The translations under genes were made by a program, and so were the position numbers. A stretch of 64,000 nucleotides of DNA from Alphaproteobacteria bacterium (GTDB lineage Bacteria; Pseudomonadota; Alphaproteobacteria; Micavibrionales; Micavibrionaceae). The notes beneath the pieces were generated by a model. That model was not told the DNA's origin, did no database searches, and saw only the letters and a program-made list of their open reading frames with translations. The stretch lies in contig JBASFK010000004.1 in assembly GCA_049652985.1 (NCBI GenBank), positions 251,879-315,878 on the forward strand, given 5' to 3'. This document shows, piece after piece, positions 47,063 through 56,502 of the stretch (positions are counted from its first letter, which is position 1; each line of letters begins with the position of its first letter).

Positions 47063-47800
47063 ATGGCTACACAAGTAATTTTACTGGAGCGCGTTGAAAA
47101 TCTCGGGCAGATGGGCGATGTTGTCGCCGTCCGTCCCGGTTACGCGCGCAATTACCTTCTGCCGCAGAAAAAAGCTCTGCGCGCCAGCAAGGAAAATATC
47201 GCGTATTTCGAGGCCCAGAAAAAAGTCCTGGCCTCCGAGAACGACAAGCGCCGCGTTGCCGCCGAGAAGGTTGCCAAGAACTTGGAAGGCACCAAGGCCC
47301 CGCTCATCCGCCAAGCGTCCGAAGCCGGACAGCTTTACGGATCGGTCACATCGCGCGACATAGCCGAGCAGGTTTCGGCCGCTTCGGGCGAGAAGATCGA
47401 GCGTTCGATGGTTCAGATGAACCAGAACTTCAAATCGGTCGGCCTGTTCAATGTCGATATCATGCTTCACCCCGAGGTGAAAATATCGGTCGTAGTGAAC
47501 ATTGCACGCAGCCCGGAAGAAGCTGAAACCCAGGCTAAAACCGGCAAAGCCCTTATCGCTGAGGACAGCCGCAGAAAACAGGCAGCCGAGGAGCCTTCGG
47601 AAGAAGAAGCCCTGGCCGCCGTTCTGGAAGCTGACGCTCTTGAAGCGACGAAGGAACGCGAAGCTGTTGAAAGCGCTGAAAGTGCCGAAGAAGCTGCCGA
47701 GCTTGCCGCCAAAGCCAAAGCCCGCGCCGAGCGTAAAAAAGCCAAAAAAGCAGACGAGCCGGAAGAAGCTGGTGAGGCTGAAGAAAACACGGAAGAATAA
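47063..47800 (+). CDS. rplI: 50S ribosomal protein L9 with a long acidic/alanine-rich C-terminal extension
   Basis: MATQVILLERVENLGQMGDVVAVRPGYARNYLLPQKKALRAS. The ~80-aa E/A/K tail is not part of canonical L9. Confidence 0.93.
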   Translation: MATQVILLERVENLGQMGDVVAVRPGYARNYLLPQKKALRASKENIAYFEAQKKVLASENDKRRVAAEKVAKNLEGTKAPLIRQASEAGQLYGSVTSRDIAEQVSAASGEKIERSMVQMNQNFKSVGLFNVDIMLHPEVKISVVVNIARSPEEAETQAKTGKALIAEDSRRKQAAEEPSEEEALAAVLEADALEATKEREAVESAESAEEAAELAAKAKARAERKKAKKADEPEEAGEAEENTEE

Positions 47801-47877
47801 GGGTTTATCCCCCTTATTCACAGGCGTTGTGAATATAAGGCTGGCATGAGGGATTCATCCTCTGCTAGCCTTTTTTC

Positions 47878-49359
47878 ATGGTTCAATACGCCACACTGAA
47901 AAAGCCGCTGGTCGAAAGCGAAGGCAAGCCCGTTTCCTATCGTGTTCTGCCGCATAACCAGGATGCGGAGCAGGGATTGCTCGGCGCGCTGCTGGTCGAT
48001 AACCGCGCCTATGAAAAAGTCGGTGACTTCCTGCGCGGCGAGCATCTTTTCCTCCCCGCCCATCAGCGCATTTTCGATGCCATTGTAAAGATGATTGATC
48101 GCGGGCAGACAGCCTCGCCGGTTACGCTCAAGAATTATTTCGAGAAAGATGACGATTTGAAAGAGGTCGGCGGCGCGGAGTACCTGGCCGATCTTGCCGC
48201 CAGCGTCGTCAGCGTCATCAACGCACACGATTACGCGCGTACAATCTATGATCTTCATTTGCGGCGCTCGCTGATTTCCATCGGCGAGGAAGTCGTCAAT
48301 GAAGCGTTCGACCACGATATTGAACGCGGCGCCACCGACACGATTGAAATGGCCGAGGCGCGGCTCTACGAACTGGCGGAAACGGGAGAGGTAAAAGGCA
48401 GCTTCGTCACGCTGCGCACGTCCGTTCTCGCCGCGATCGAACATGCGGAAAAAGCCTATAAATCCGATGGAAACGTCACGGGAGTGACGACGGGCCTCAT
48501 TGATATGGATAAAATCCTCGGCGGCCTGCAGAATTCCGACCTCGTCATTCTCGCCGGGCGACCCTCAATGGGTAAAACCGCGCTTGCAACCAACATTGCT
48601 TTCGCCGCCGCGAACAAATACGCCGAGACTGGCGGCGCGCAAGGCGCGATTGTCGGCTTCTTCAGCCTCGAGATGTCTTCCGACCAGCTGGCGTCGCGTA
48701 TTCTCGCCGACCAGTCGAACATCGCCAGCGATGCCATCCGCAAGGGCACGATCAAGCAGGAAGATTTCCGCGCCTTCGCCGAAGCATCACAACGCCTCAG
48801 CCAGGTTCCGCTTTATATCGACGATACGCCGTCGCTTTCCATCAGTGCGATCAGAACGCGCGCACGCCGTCTAAAACGCCAGCACGGGCTCGGCCTTCTC
48901 GTGGTCGACTATTTGCAGCTCTTGCGCGGCACGGGATCGAAGCAGGGGCTCGACAACCGCGTGCAGGAAGTCTCCGAGATTACGCGCGGCCTCAAGGCGA
49001 TTGCCAAGGAATTGCAAATTCCGGTTCTTGCGCTCTCGCAGTTATCAAGACAAGTCGAACAGCGCGAGGACAAACGCCCGCAACTCTCCGACCTCAGGGA
49101 ATCCGGCTCCATCGAACAGGACGCCGACGTCGTCATGTTCGTCTACCGCGAGGAATATTACCTGAGCCGCGCCGAGCCCGAGCCCGGCACAGAAAAACAT
49201 TTGAAATGGCAGGAACGCTGCGACAAGGCGCTCAATGTCGGCGAATGTATCGTCGCCAAGGCGCGTCACGGTCCTATCGGCACGGTCAGATTACAATTTA
49301 ACCCGACCTTCACGCGCTTTTCGGATCTTGCGCAAAGCGCATACGAAGACCGCTATTGA
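47878..49359 (+). CDS. dnaB: Replicative DNA helicase
   Basis: PHNQDAEQGLLGALL...GRPSMGKTA (Walker A)...LSQLSRQVEQR. Confidence 0.97.
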   Translation: MVQYATLKKPLVESEGKPVSYRVLPHNQDAEQGLLGALLVDNRAYEKVGDFLRGEHLFLPAHQRIFDAIVKMIDRGQTASPVTLKNYFEKDDDLKEVGGAEYLADLAASVVSVINAHDYARTIYDLHLRRSLISIGEEVVNEAFDHDIERGATDTIEMAEARLYELAETGEVKGSFVTLRTSVLAAIEHAEKAYKSDGNVTGVTTGLIDMDKILGGLQNSDLVILAGRPSMGKTALATNIAFAAANKYAETGGAQGAIVGFFSLEMSSDQLASRILADQSNIASDAIRKGTIKQEDFRAFAEASQRLSQVPLYIDDTPSLSISAIRTRARRLKRQHGLGLLVVDYLQLLRGTGSKQGLDNRVQEVSEITRGLKAIAKELQIPVLALSQLSRQVEQREDKRPQLSDLRESGSIEQDADVVMFVYREEYYLSRAEPEPGTEKHLKWQERCDKALNVGECIVAKARHGPIGTVRLQFNPTFTRFSDLAQSAYEDRY

Positions 49360-49366
49360 TCGCAAT

Positions 49367-49396
49367 AAAAAAGGGGCCGCGAAGGCCCCTTTTCTT
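49367..49396. terminator. Bidirectional rho-independent terminator
   Basis: GGGGCC (49373-49378), GCGAA loop, GGCCCC (49384-89), flanked by an A-run and a T-run. It lies between convergent dnaB and the 1153-aa gene. Confidence 0.7.
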
Positions 49397-49407
49397 CATG
49401 GCGATTT

Positions 49408-52400
49408 CTATTTTCGCCTAGGCTCTATTTTTATACCACCCGGAACCACCGTAGGATCAGGCGGCAGGATTTGTGACGCAGTTTGAAATTGCTCTTTGGC
49501 CAGTCCGAGCGTGCCGTCAAGACCGCGTCTCAGTTCGTCATTCGTAAGCCCGTCCGTGTTTGTGTCCATGTCGCGCAACGCTTCGATGCCGTTTTGCCTA
49601 AGCGCTTCCTTGATTTCGTCGAGATCCAGTTTGTTATCGTGGGTGCGGTCGTAACGTTTGACAAGCTCGGGGCTGAAACCAGCCTCGGCAGCTTTCTTCA
49701 ATTCATCATCAATACCAAGCCAGCTTGAGAATCTGCTGGTCAGCGTCATGCGGGCGATTTTATCGCCTATGTAACCGCCGCCCAGGGCGCCGATCGTTCC
49801 GCCTGCGATTGCGCCGATAGTCGCGCCGCCGACTGTTCCCAGCCCCGGCACTACAAAACTTCCCGCCAGTCCGCCCAGTTTGGCGCCGAGAATGGCAAGG
49901 CCTGTGGCAGTGGCCAGCCCGCCTGTCGCTGCGCCTGCTGCGCCTGCCGCCCGGCCGGCATCGCCTCTGCGTCGGCCAAGCTCGAAATCAACGCCGCTGG
50001 AAACGACGGTGGCGCCTATGGCGACAGGTGTCAGCAGCTTGCTCCCGGTTTTAACCTTGCTTGCGATCTGCGCTGTTTTTTCAAGGGTTTCCTCGGCCAC
50101 GAGAGCGGCGCGTGCAGCGGCTTTTGCAACCGGCTGTTGCGCCTGGGCTGCGCTTGCGATCTTGCCGGCGCGGTGAATTTCCACGGCGTCGGCGCCGATA
50201 GCGGTTGAGTCCGCGAAAATTCCTGTCAGGGCCGTGCCTCTTTCGTCTTTCAAATCCTGTTGACCGGCCTCCCCAAAAAGGCGGTGTCCCAGACTCCACG
50301 CGCCAAATCCCATACCAACGCCGCGGCCAAGCTTGATATCCGTATGCTGCGGCGCTTGCCAGGGGCGCAGGGTTTCCGCTGGGCCGTCATGCATTGTGTT
50401 TCGCGCGTCAAGATTGAGACGCTCGATGCCCAGGTTTTCTCTTTCTCCATCCAGAATTTTGGCTTTTTGTTCGTGCCTTGCTGTTTCTTCAGGTGTGGGG
50501 TTGTCCATGCTGAGCGATTCTTGCATATGCTTTTCGATGCGATGGCCCAGATCTTCCCTTTTCAGGCGCAGGCTTTCGTAATCGGCCTCCAGCACGCGGC
50601 CGCGCTCTTCATGTTTTGCGCGCGCGCGATTGTGGCTCTCAAGATTATTTTCGTGTTTCTTCTCTTTAAGATGGAGTTCAGCGTCCCGGATAATAAAATT
50701 TTCTTCCAGTCTGTCGACGGTCTTCTTCAGTTTTTTTTGCTCGCGGGACAGAGGTTGATCGCTTGTCTCCGGTAACGCCTCGCGTGCCTCTTTGAGCTTC
50801 GCTTCAAGTTCTGCTACTTTTTTGCGTTCTTTTACGATCGCCTCGTATTCTTTTATAAGCCGCTCCGACTCTTCCTTCAGGTATTTCGTAGTGTCTGCAT
50901 GAAACTCGGGTTCCACGAGTTGCGCTCGCTCGGGCATAACATGCTCGTCGTGCACGGTTATCGCCGCGGGTTTCTCAGCTATTACTGCGGTGGTCGCTTT
51001 CGCCTCTACTGCCGGGCTATTGGTTTTCGATACCTGTTCAGGGTTAGGCGCCACCGGCTTAGATTCTTCTTTATATGTAGCTTCGAGATCGAAGCCTATC
51101 TTCCTGCGCTCTGGCAGGGTCTCATTGGCGACTTCCTGCAGGATGCGGGCATTCTCAGCAGCTTGTGCTTCTGTTTCCGCGACGATTTGTTTCGATTTGT
51201 TTATACGCCCGCGAATTAGTTCGGCACCCAGTGCCGCTGATATTAACATTGTAGCCGGATCAACAACCGTTTCGATCAGGCTGTTATCATCCGGCGCGGA
51301 AACAGGGCTGTCTTCCGGCGTTTCGGATTGATCTGGTTCCTGCAGTCCGCTTTCGCTGACTGCTCTGATCGCGGCAACTTCGACCTGCATGCCCTGCAAA
51401 GCGCCGCCAAAGCTGCTCCGCACCGAAGCGAGTAATTCGGCCTCCGGCGTATTTTCGTCCTTGGACGCTTCGAGGGCGGCCTTCATTTTTTCCGGGTCGC
51501 CCTTGAAGACATCGTAAAGCTTCGCGGCAATTGCAAGGCTCTGCATTTTTTCAGTATTGTCCCGGTCGGTTGGATCGATATCGTTTTCGAGATCGATTCC
51601 GAAATTGTCTTTGATAAATGGCCCCAGAATGTCGCGCGCGCTGTCGGCATCATAATTTCCATCATGTCCCCGGCCCAGAATGTCCAGCATATCCCCGGTC
51701 GTCAGGTAGCCGTTTTTCTCATAGTCATCTTTAATATTTATGGCGATGTCGGAATAATCTATTTCCCTGTGTGCATCAGCAGGCGCGGATTCTTCGAAAT
51801 TTTCCTGCGTTTTTTCTTGTCCGTTTTCGTCCGTGTTTGTGGAAGATTCTGTGCCGCTGGTCGCGCCTCCATCCTGAGACGGCGTTGTAGCGGTTTCTTC
51901 CGGCACTATAGTTTGCGTTTGCGGCGATTGTCCGTCCGTTTTTCCGTCGCTATTTTGCGGTTCGGCAGGGGCTCCGGGCGTTATTTCGGGCTGAGTTACC
52001 GTTGTATCTGTTTTCTCCTGAGTAGGGGTCGCCGGCTGTGATGTTGGTGCAGGAGGAACTGGCCGCGGCCCGATCGTCGGGCTCTCGATCAGCTTCGCCC
52101 AGATCAGTGATTCCCCGCGGCTGCGCTCGCCATTAATGACCTGGCTTCTGAACAGTTCACGAAATTCTCGTCCAATTTTTTTCTCAAGCCCGTTGCGCGC
52201 GCTGCTGGCTTCTGTTGCAAGATTCAATTGGCCATTGCGGTTGTAATCATTTGCCATCGCAGCCTGGCGGTTAAATTCCGCGATGTCTCTCGGGATGGGG
52301 CCCGGCCCGCCCTGAGCGGTTTCCATGTCGACGATATTTTGTATCGTCTGACGCTGCATGCCATTGTTGAAATCCTGACGGTCGCTGTAATCGAAGCGGA

Positions 52401-52869
52401 CGATCTTGTCGACAATCGTCCAGCGAAATGTATGGCGCAGTTCGTCGTCGGGAATATCCATGCTCGCGAAAAGATCCCCGCCGTTCAGAAGCTCGGCGGT
52501 TTTTGCGGCTGCCTCACTGCCAGGCTGGCCCAGCGCGACACCCAGCGCCCTGTATTCCGCTAAATCCGCGCCCATTTTCATCGCGGTATCGATCAGTTTT
52601 TTGGTGCTTTTATAAAGATCTTCACGGTCTTTAGCGGACAACGGCTCAGACCCGGCATCTTTAAAACTGTGGAATTTCAGACGCATCACGGTAATCTGCA
52701 AATCCAGATCGACGTTTCCGTCAGTCAGAGTCCGTTCGAGCGCAGCGCGGCTCTTTTTATAGTCACGCGTGTCGTCGTCAGTAAGATATGTGCGGTGAAA
52801 ATTAGCGGTCTCGGCGTACAGGTCCCCTGCACGGGATAAAACGTTTTGACCAGCAGGATTATCTGCCAT
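49408..52869 (-). CDS. Very large hypothetical protein (1153 aa): Pro/Thr-rich linker, coiled-coil region, C-terminal glycine-zipper segment and EF-hand-like loops
   Basis: Single uninterrupted ORF. GxxxG-rich GAAGAATGGLATATGLAILGAKLGGLAGSFVVPGLGTVGGATIGAIAGGTIGALGGGYIG. DRTHDNKLDLDE and DTNTDGLTNDE are calcium-loop-like. No N-terminal signal peptide seen. Confidence 0.75.
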   Translation of the reverse strand: MADNPAGQNVLSRAGDLYAETANFHRTYLTDDDTRDYKKSRAALERTLTDGNVDLDLQITVMRLKFHSFKDAGSEPLSAKDREDLYKSTKKLIDTAMKMGADLAEYRALGVALGQPGSEAAAKTAELLNGGDLFASMDIPDDELRHTFRWTIVDKIVRFDYSDRQDFNNGMQRQTIQNIVDMETAQGGPGPIPRDIAEFNRQAAMANDYNRNGQLNLATEASSARNGLEKKIGREFRELFRSQVINGERSRGESLIWAKLIESPTIGPRPVPPAPTSQPATPTQEKTDTTVTQPEITPGAPAEPQNSDGKTDGQSPQTQTIVPEETATTPSQDGGATSGTESSTNTDENGQEKTQENFEESAPADAHREIDYSDIAINIKDDYEKNGYLTTGDMLDILGRGHDGNYDADSARDILGPFIKDNFGIDLENDIDPTDRDNTEKMQSLAIAAKLYDVFKGDPEKMKAALEASKDENTPEAELLASVRSSFGGALQGMQVEVAAIRAVSESGLQEPDQSETPEDSPVSAPDDNSLIETVVDPATMLISAALGAELIRGRINKSKQIVAETEAQAAENARILQEVANETLPERRKIGFDLEATYKEESKPVAPNPEQVSKTNSPAVEAKATTAVIAEKPAAITVHDEHVMPERAQLVEPEFHADTTKYLKEESERLIKEYEAIVKERKKVAELEAKLKEAREALPETSDQPLSREQKKLKKTVDRLEENFIIRDAELHLKEKKHENNLESHNRARAKHEERGRVLEADYESLRLKREDLGHRIEKHMQESLSMDNPTPEETARHEQKAKILDGERENLGIERLNLDARNTMHDGPAETLRPWQAPQHTDIKLGRGVGMGFGAWSLGHRLFGEAGQQDLKDERGTALTGIFADSTAIGADAVEIHRAGKIASAAQAQQPVAKAAARAALVAEETLEKTAQIASKVKTGSKLLTPVAIGATVVSSGVDFELGRRRGDAGRAAGAAGAATGGLATATGLAILGAKLGGLAGSFVVPGLGTVGGATIGAIAGGTIGALGGGYIGDKIARMTLTSRFSSWLGIDDELKKAAEAGFSPELVKRYDRTHDNKLDLDEIKEALRQNGIEALRDMDTNTDGLTNDELRRGLDGTLGLAKEQFQTASQILPPDPTVVPGGIKIEPRRK

Positions 52870-53034
52870 GATCGATCACACCCTTCTCTCTATGCTTTGC
52901 GGCGCTTTTTCTTATGTAAACGCTTTCGCAACTATTACCGGAATTCTATTTTTTTATATATTTTTCAAGTTAAACCCATGGTAAATCAAAACAGGCTTTC
53001 ATCGCAAGAAATTAATGTTTAAAAATTCATTAAA

Positions 53035-54177
53035 ATGCTGAAAAACAAGGGAATTTTGACCATCGACCTCGACGCGGTGGTCCATAATTATAACGTGCTC
53101 AGGCAGCAGGCCGCGCCGGGTGCGCGGGTGGCCGCCGTGGTCAAGGCGAACGGCTATGGGCTGGGATCGGTTGAGATAGGCAAGGTTTTGGCCCGGGCAG
53201 GGTGCCGGGATTTTTTCGTCTCCTCTTTCGAGGAGGGATTGGTGCTCCGCGCTTCGTTGAAGGAGCCCCGCATTTTTGTTCTGAACGGTTTCTACGGCAG
53301 CGTCGCCGAAGCGTACCCCGAGCATAATCTGATTCCCGCGCTGGGAAGTTTTCTGGAGATCGAGGATTACCGCAAGCTGGCGGCGAAACTCGGCCGGAAG
53401 CTGGACACGTATTTAAGTTTCAACATCCGTATGAACCGCCTCGGCCTCGGCAAGGTCGAAACCGAAAAGCTGGTCAGCGATAAAGGCCTGCTGGAAGGAT
53501 TGAACATCGTTGGCATTCTAAGCCACTTCGCCAGCGCCGATGAAAAGGACAACCCGCTGAGCGACGAACAGCATGAAATTTTTGAGAAAATCGCGCGGCA
53601 TTTTCCGGGAGCCGAGAAATCCCTTGCGAATTCTTTCGGCACATTCAGGAGCAAAAAATATCATTACGATCTCCTGCGCCCCGGCATGGCGCTTTACGGA
53701 CTCAACCCCACGCCCGGAGCGCCAAACCCCATGCGGCGTGTCGTCAGCCTGAATCTTCCGGTCATGCAGCTGCGTACAATTTATGCGGGAGCGGGCGTGG
53801 GCTACGGCATGACATGGACCGCCGAAAAAGACACATTGCTGGCCACCGTTGCGGCTGGCTACGCCGACGGCATTTTCCGCTCTCTCAGCAACAAGGGCGC
53901 ACTGTACTGGAATGGCATACGCTGTCCTATCCGTGGCCGTGTCTCGATGGACCTGACGACGGTTGATATTTCCGGTGTGCCGGAAAAAAAAAGGCCGAGG
54001 CCGGGTGACATGATGGAACTGATCGGAGAACACCAGAGCGTAGACGAACTTGCGCACGATGCGGGTACGATCGGATATGAAGTGCTCACCGATCTTGGTC
54101 ACCGCTATGAAAGAATCTATGTGGGTGACACCATGCGCATGTCAGGCGGCAGATCAGCATCCGCGAGCGGCGCATAA
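53035..54177 (+). CDS. alr: Alanine racemase
   Basis: AVVKANGYGLG (PLP lysine)...YGLNPTPG...GRVSMD. Confidence 0.93.
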   Translation: MLKNKGILTIDLDAVVHNYNVLRQQAAPGARVAAVVKANGYGLGSVEIGKVLARAGCRDFFVSSFEEGLVLRASLKEPRIFVLNGFYGSVAEAYPEHNLIPALGSFLEIEDYRKLAAKLGRKLDTYLSFNIRMNRLGLGKVETEKLVSDKGLLEGLNIVGILSHFASADEKDNPLSDEQHEIFEKIARHFPGAEKSLANSFGTFRSKKYHYDLLRPGMALYGLNPTPGAPNPMRRVVSLNLPVMQLRTIYAGAGVGYGMTWTAEKDTLLATVAAGYADGIFRSLSNKGALYWNGIRCPIRGRVSMDLTTVDISGVPEKKRPRPGDMMELIGEHQSVDELAHDAGTIGYEVLTDLGHRYERIYVGDTMRMSGGRSASASGA

Positions 54178-54782
54178 GAATTGAAATAATCCGGCATCAG
54201 GCGGAAATCCCACCATTCCTGCGGCAGGGGAAGCAGGGGCGTTTTCAGCTTCTTCGCTGCGCCGAGCATGGAACTCGTTAGCGCCGCGCGGTTTTTTCGT
54301 ATTTCCTGCGAAAGGTTTTTGTAATCGCGGTGCGCTGGATTTTTCTCCGGCGAGGAATCCAGCGCAAGAAAATCGAAATCCGTCCCCATCTCCACAAGCT
54401 CGCCTTTTTCATTCTCAAGGCCGATATCCACCGCCATTCCGCGCGGGTGTCCGCCCATGCCGGGGCGGGAGAGAAGATTTTCACTCAGCCATTCCGGGTT
54501 GCCCCGCACGCGGGCGGTGCGCAGCATGGCTTCCTGCGCGTCGGTGGTGCGGAGGCCGTCATAAAGAACGAAATGCAGTCCGTAATTTTCAAAACAGGCA
54601 AGGGCGGCCATCGCGACGACCCCGGCCAGTTCCTCATGCAACCACAGCCGGGCATCCCGGCGGTAGATACGCTCGGCAAATAAAAGATTGTCGTCTTTGG
54701 CATAGGCAAGCTCGACCCGGAAGGCGTTTTCCTCTGCCAGCCTGTTCATGGGAATAAGGGATTTTGGGTCAATTTTGCGCAT
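54117..54782 (-). CDS. ddpX: D-Ala-D-Ala dipeptidase (M15D, VanX/DdpX-like)
   Basis: FRVELAYAKDDNLL...LYDGLRT...GGHPRGMAVDI...GTDFD. Its 3' end overlaps the alr 3' end by 61 bp. Confidence 0.85.
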   Translation of the reverse strand: MRKIDPKSLIPMNRLAEENAFRVELAYAKDDNLLFAERIYRRDARLWLHEELAGVVAMAALACFENYGLHFVLYDGLRTTDAQEAMLRTARVRGNPEWLSENLLSRPGMGGHPRGMAVDIGLENEKGELVEMGTDFDFLALDSSPEKNPAHRDYKNLSQEIRKNRAALTSSMLGAAKKLKTPLLPLPQEWWDFRLMPDYFNSYAPLADADLPPDMRMVSPT

Positions 54783-54880
54783 GTTTTTCAGTCATTTCAG
54801 CCTGTTTCGCTCTGGACGGAAAGCCCTGTTTCCTTTAATCTTCGAGCCCGGACACCACTCAAACATTAAAACAAAGCCCG

Positions 54881-55720
54881 ATGACCGCAAAGTCTGAAAA
54901 AATCGCGATTGACGTTCATCACACGGCGTCGTTCCTGACTGATCTTCTGCCAGATACGTGCCAGGCGCTGGGGCGTACCATCCTCGCTTTCCTCCAGCGC
55001 GTTGGCCAACTTTCGATTTTTGTCGGCAAGTCGGTTATGCATTGTTTTACGCCGCCCTTTTTCCCGAGCCAGATATGGCGCCAGCTTGTCGATATCGGTT
55101 ATTACTCGCTTCCCGTTGTCGGCATGACCGCGCTATTCACCGGCATGGTGCTCGCGCTCCAGAGCTATACCGGTTTCACGCGTTTCAACGCTGAGAGCGC
55201 GATTGCAGCCGTGGTGGTTCTCTCCGTTACGCGCGAGCTTGCACCGGTTCTTGCTGGTCTTATGGTTGCGGGAAGGGTGGGCGCCGCCATCGCCGCTGAA
55301 ATCGGCACCATGCGCGTGACCGAGCAGATTGACGCTATGAGTACGCTCTCCGTCAACCCGTTTAAATATCTGATCGCGCCGCGCGTTATTGCGGGCACGC
55401 TGATGCTGCCGATTTTGGTGCTGGTCGGCGATATCATCGGCGTTTATGGCGGCTATGTCATTGCCATCTACCGCCTCGATTTTTCCGAAGGAAATTATCT
55501 GGCGCAGACATGGGATATTCTTGAAACCATGGACGTCGTTTCCGGTTTGGTTAAAGCAGCCGTATTCGGTTTCATTGTCTCCATCCTCGGTTGCTATAAC
55601 GGCTTTAATTCCCAGCGCGGCGCGCAGGGGGTGGGCGCGGCAACGACAAACGCGGTCGTTTCCGCCTCCATTGTTATCCTGCTCTTCAACTATCTCCTGA
55701 CGCAGGTGTTCTTCTCATGA
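54881..55720 (+). CDS. mlaE: MlaE-family ABC transporter permease
   Basis: 279 aa, polytopic. VTRELAPVLAGLMVAGRVGAAIAAEIGTMRVTEQIDAM is the MlaE signature region. Confidence 0.9.
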   Translation: MTAKSEKIAIDVHHTASFLTDLLPDTCQALGRTILAFLQRVGQLSIFVGKSVMHCFTPPFFPSQIWRQLVDIGYYSLPVVGMTALFTGMVLALQSYTGFTRFNAESAIAAVVVLSVTRELAPVLAGLMVAGRVGAAIAAEIGTMRVTEQIDAMSTLSVNPFKYLIAPRVIAGTLMLPILVLVGDIIGVYGGYVIAIYRLDFSEGNYLAQTWDILETMDVVSGLVKAAVFGFIVSILGCYNGFNSQRGAQGVGAATTNAVVSASIVILLFNYLLTQVFFS

Positions 55721-56496
55721 GCACAAATGGGCAGCAGCCGAAACTGAAACTTTCCGGCGTCAAAAAACATTTCGGCAAAAAAGTCGTTCTCGACGGCATC
55801 GATCTTGAAATCGAACAGGGCAAGTCGCTCGTCGTCATCGGCGCCAGCGGTACGGGAAAATCCGTCATGCTGAAATGCGTGCTCGGCCTCCTGAAGCCTG
55901 ACGAAGGCTCAATCATGGTCGACGGTGAGGAAACGACGCACCTGCGCGGCAGCGAACGCGACGCGGTCATGGAAAAATTCGGCATGCTGTTCCAGGGCGG
56001 CGCATTGTTCGATTCCATGAAAGTCTGGGAAAACGTGGCTTTCGGCCTTATTCACGGCGGCGGCATGGACCGGAAAAAAGCATGGGAAGTCGCAATAGAA
56101 AAAATCGTCGCGGTAGGCCTGAAGCCCGAGGTTGGCAATCTCTACCCGGCCGAGCTTTCCGGCGGCATGCAAAAACGCGTCAGCCTCGCGCGCGCGGTGG
56201 CGAAAAATCCGGAAATCATTTTCTTCGACGAGCCCACGACCGGCCTCGACCCGATCATGGCCGACGTCATCAACGACCTTATCATTCGCTCGGTGAAGGG
56301 CCTCGGCGCAACCGCGCTCTCCATCACTCACGACATGGCATCCGCACGCAAGATTGCCGATTATGTGGCGATGATCCACCAGGGCAAGATCATCTGGCAT
56401 GGCTCGGTGAAGGATCTCGACAATTCCGGCAGCGAATATGTCGACCAGTTCATTCATGGTCGCGCGACCGGCCCGATCACAAGGCGCGTAGCATAA
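55717..56496 (+). CDS. mlaF: MlaF-family ABC transporter ATP-binding protein
   Basis: GASGTGKS Walker A, LSGGMQKRVSLARA signature, FFDEPTTGLD Walker B. Start overlaps the mlaE stop. Confidence 0.9.
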   Translation: MSTNGQQPKLKLSGVKKHFGKKVVLDGIDLEIEQGKSLVVIGASGTGKSVMLKCVLGLLKPDEGSIMVDGEETTHLRGSERDAVMEKFGMLFQGGALFDSMKVWENVAFGLIHGGGMDRKKAWEVAIEKIVAVGLKPEVGNLYPAELSGGMQKRVSLARAVAKNPEIIFFDEPTTGLDPIMADVINDLIIRSVKGLGATALSITHDMASARKIADYVAMIHQGKIIWHGSVKDLDNSGSEYVDQFIHGRATGPITRRVA

Positions 56497-56502
56497 TAAA
56501 TT

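Noticed and set aside
47081-47821. 246-aa minus-strand ORF with Phe/Gly/Leu repeats
   Set aside because: It is the antisense reading of rplI and its GAA/GCC-rich tail. The sense strand gives a canonical L9 N-terminus.
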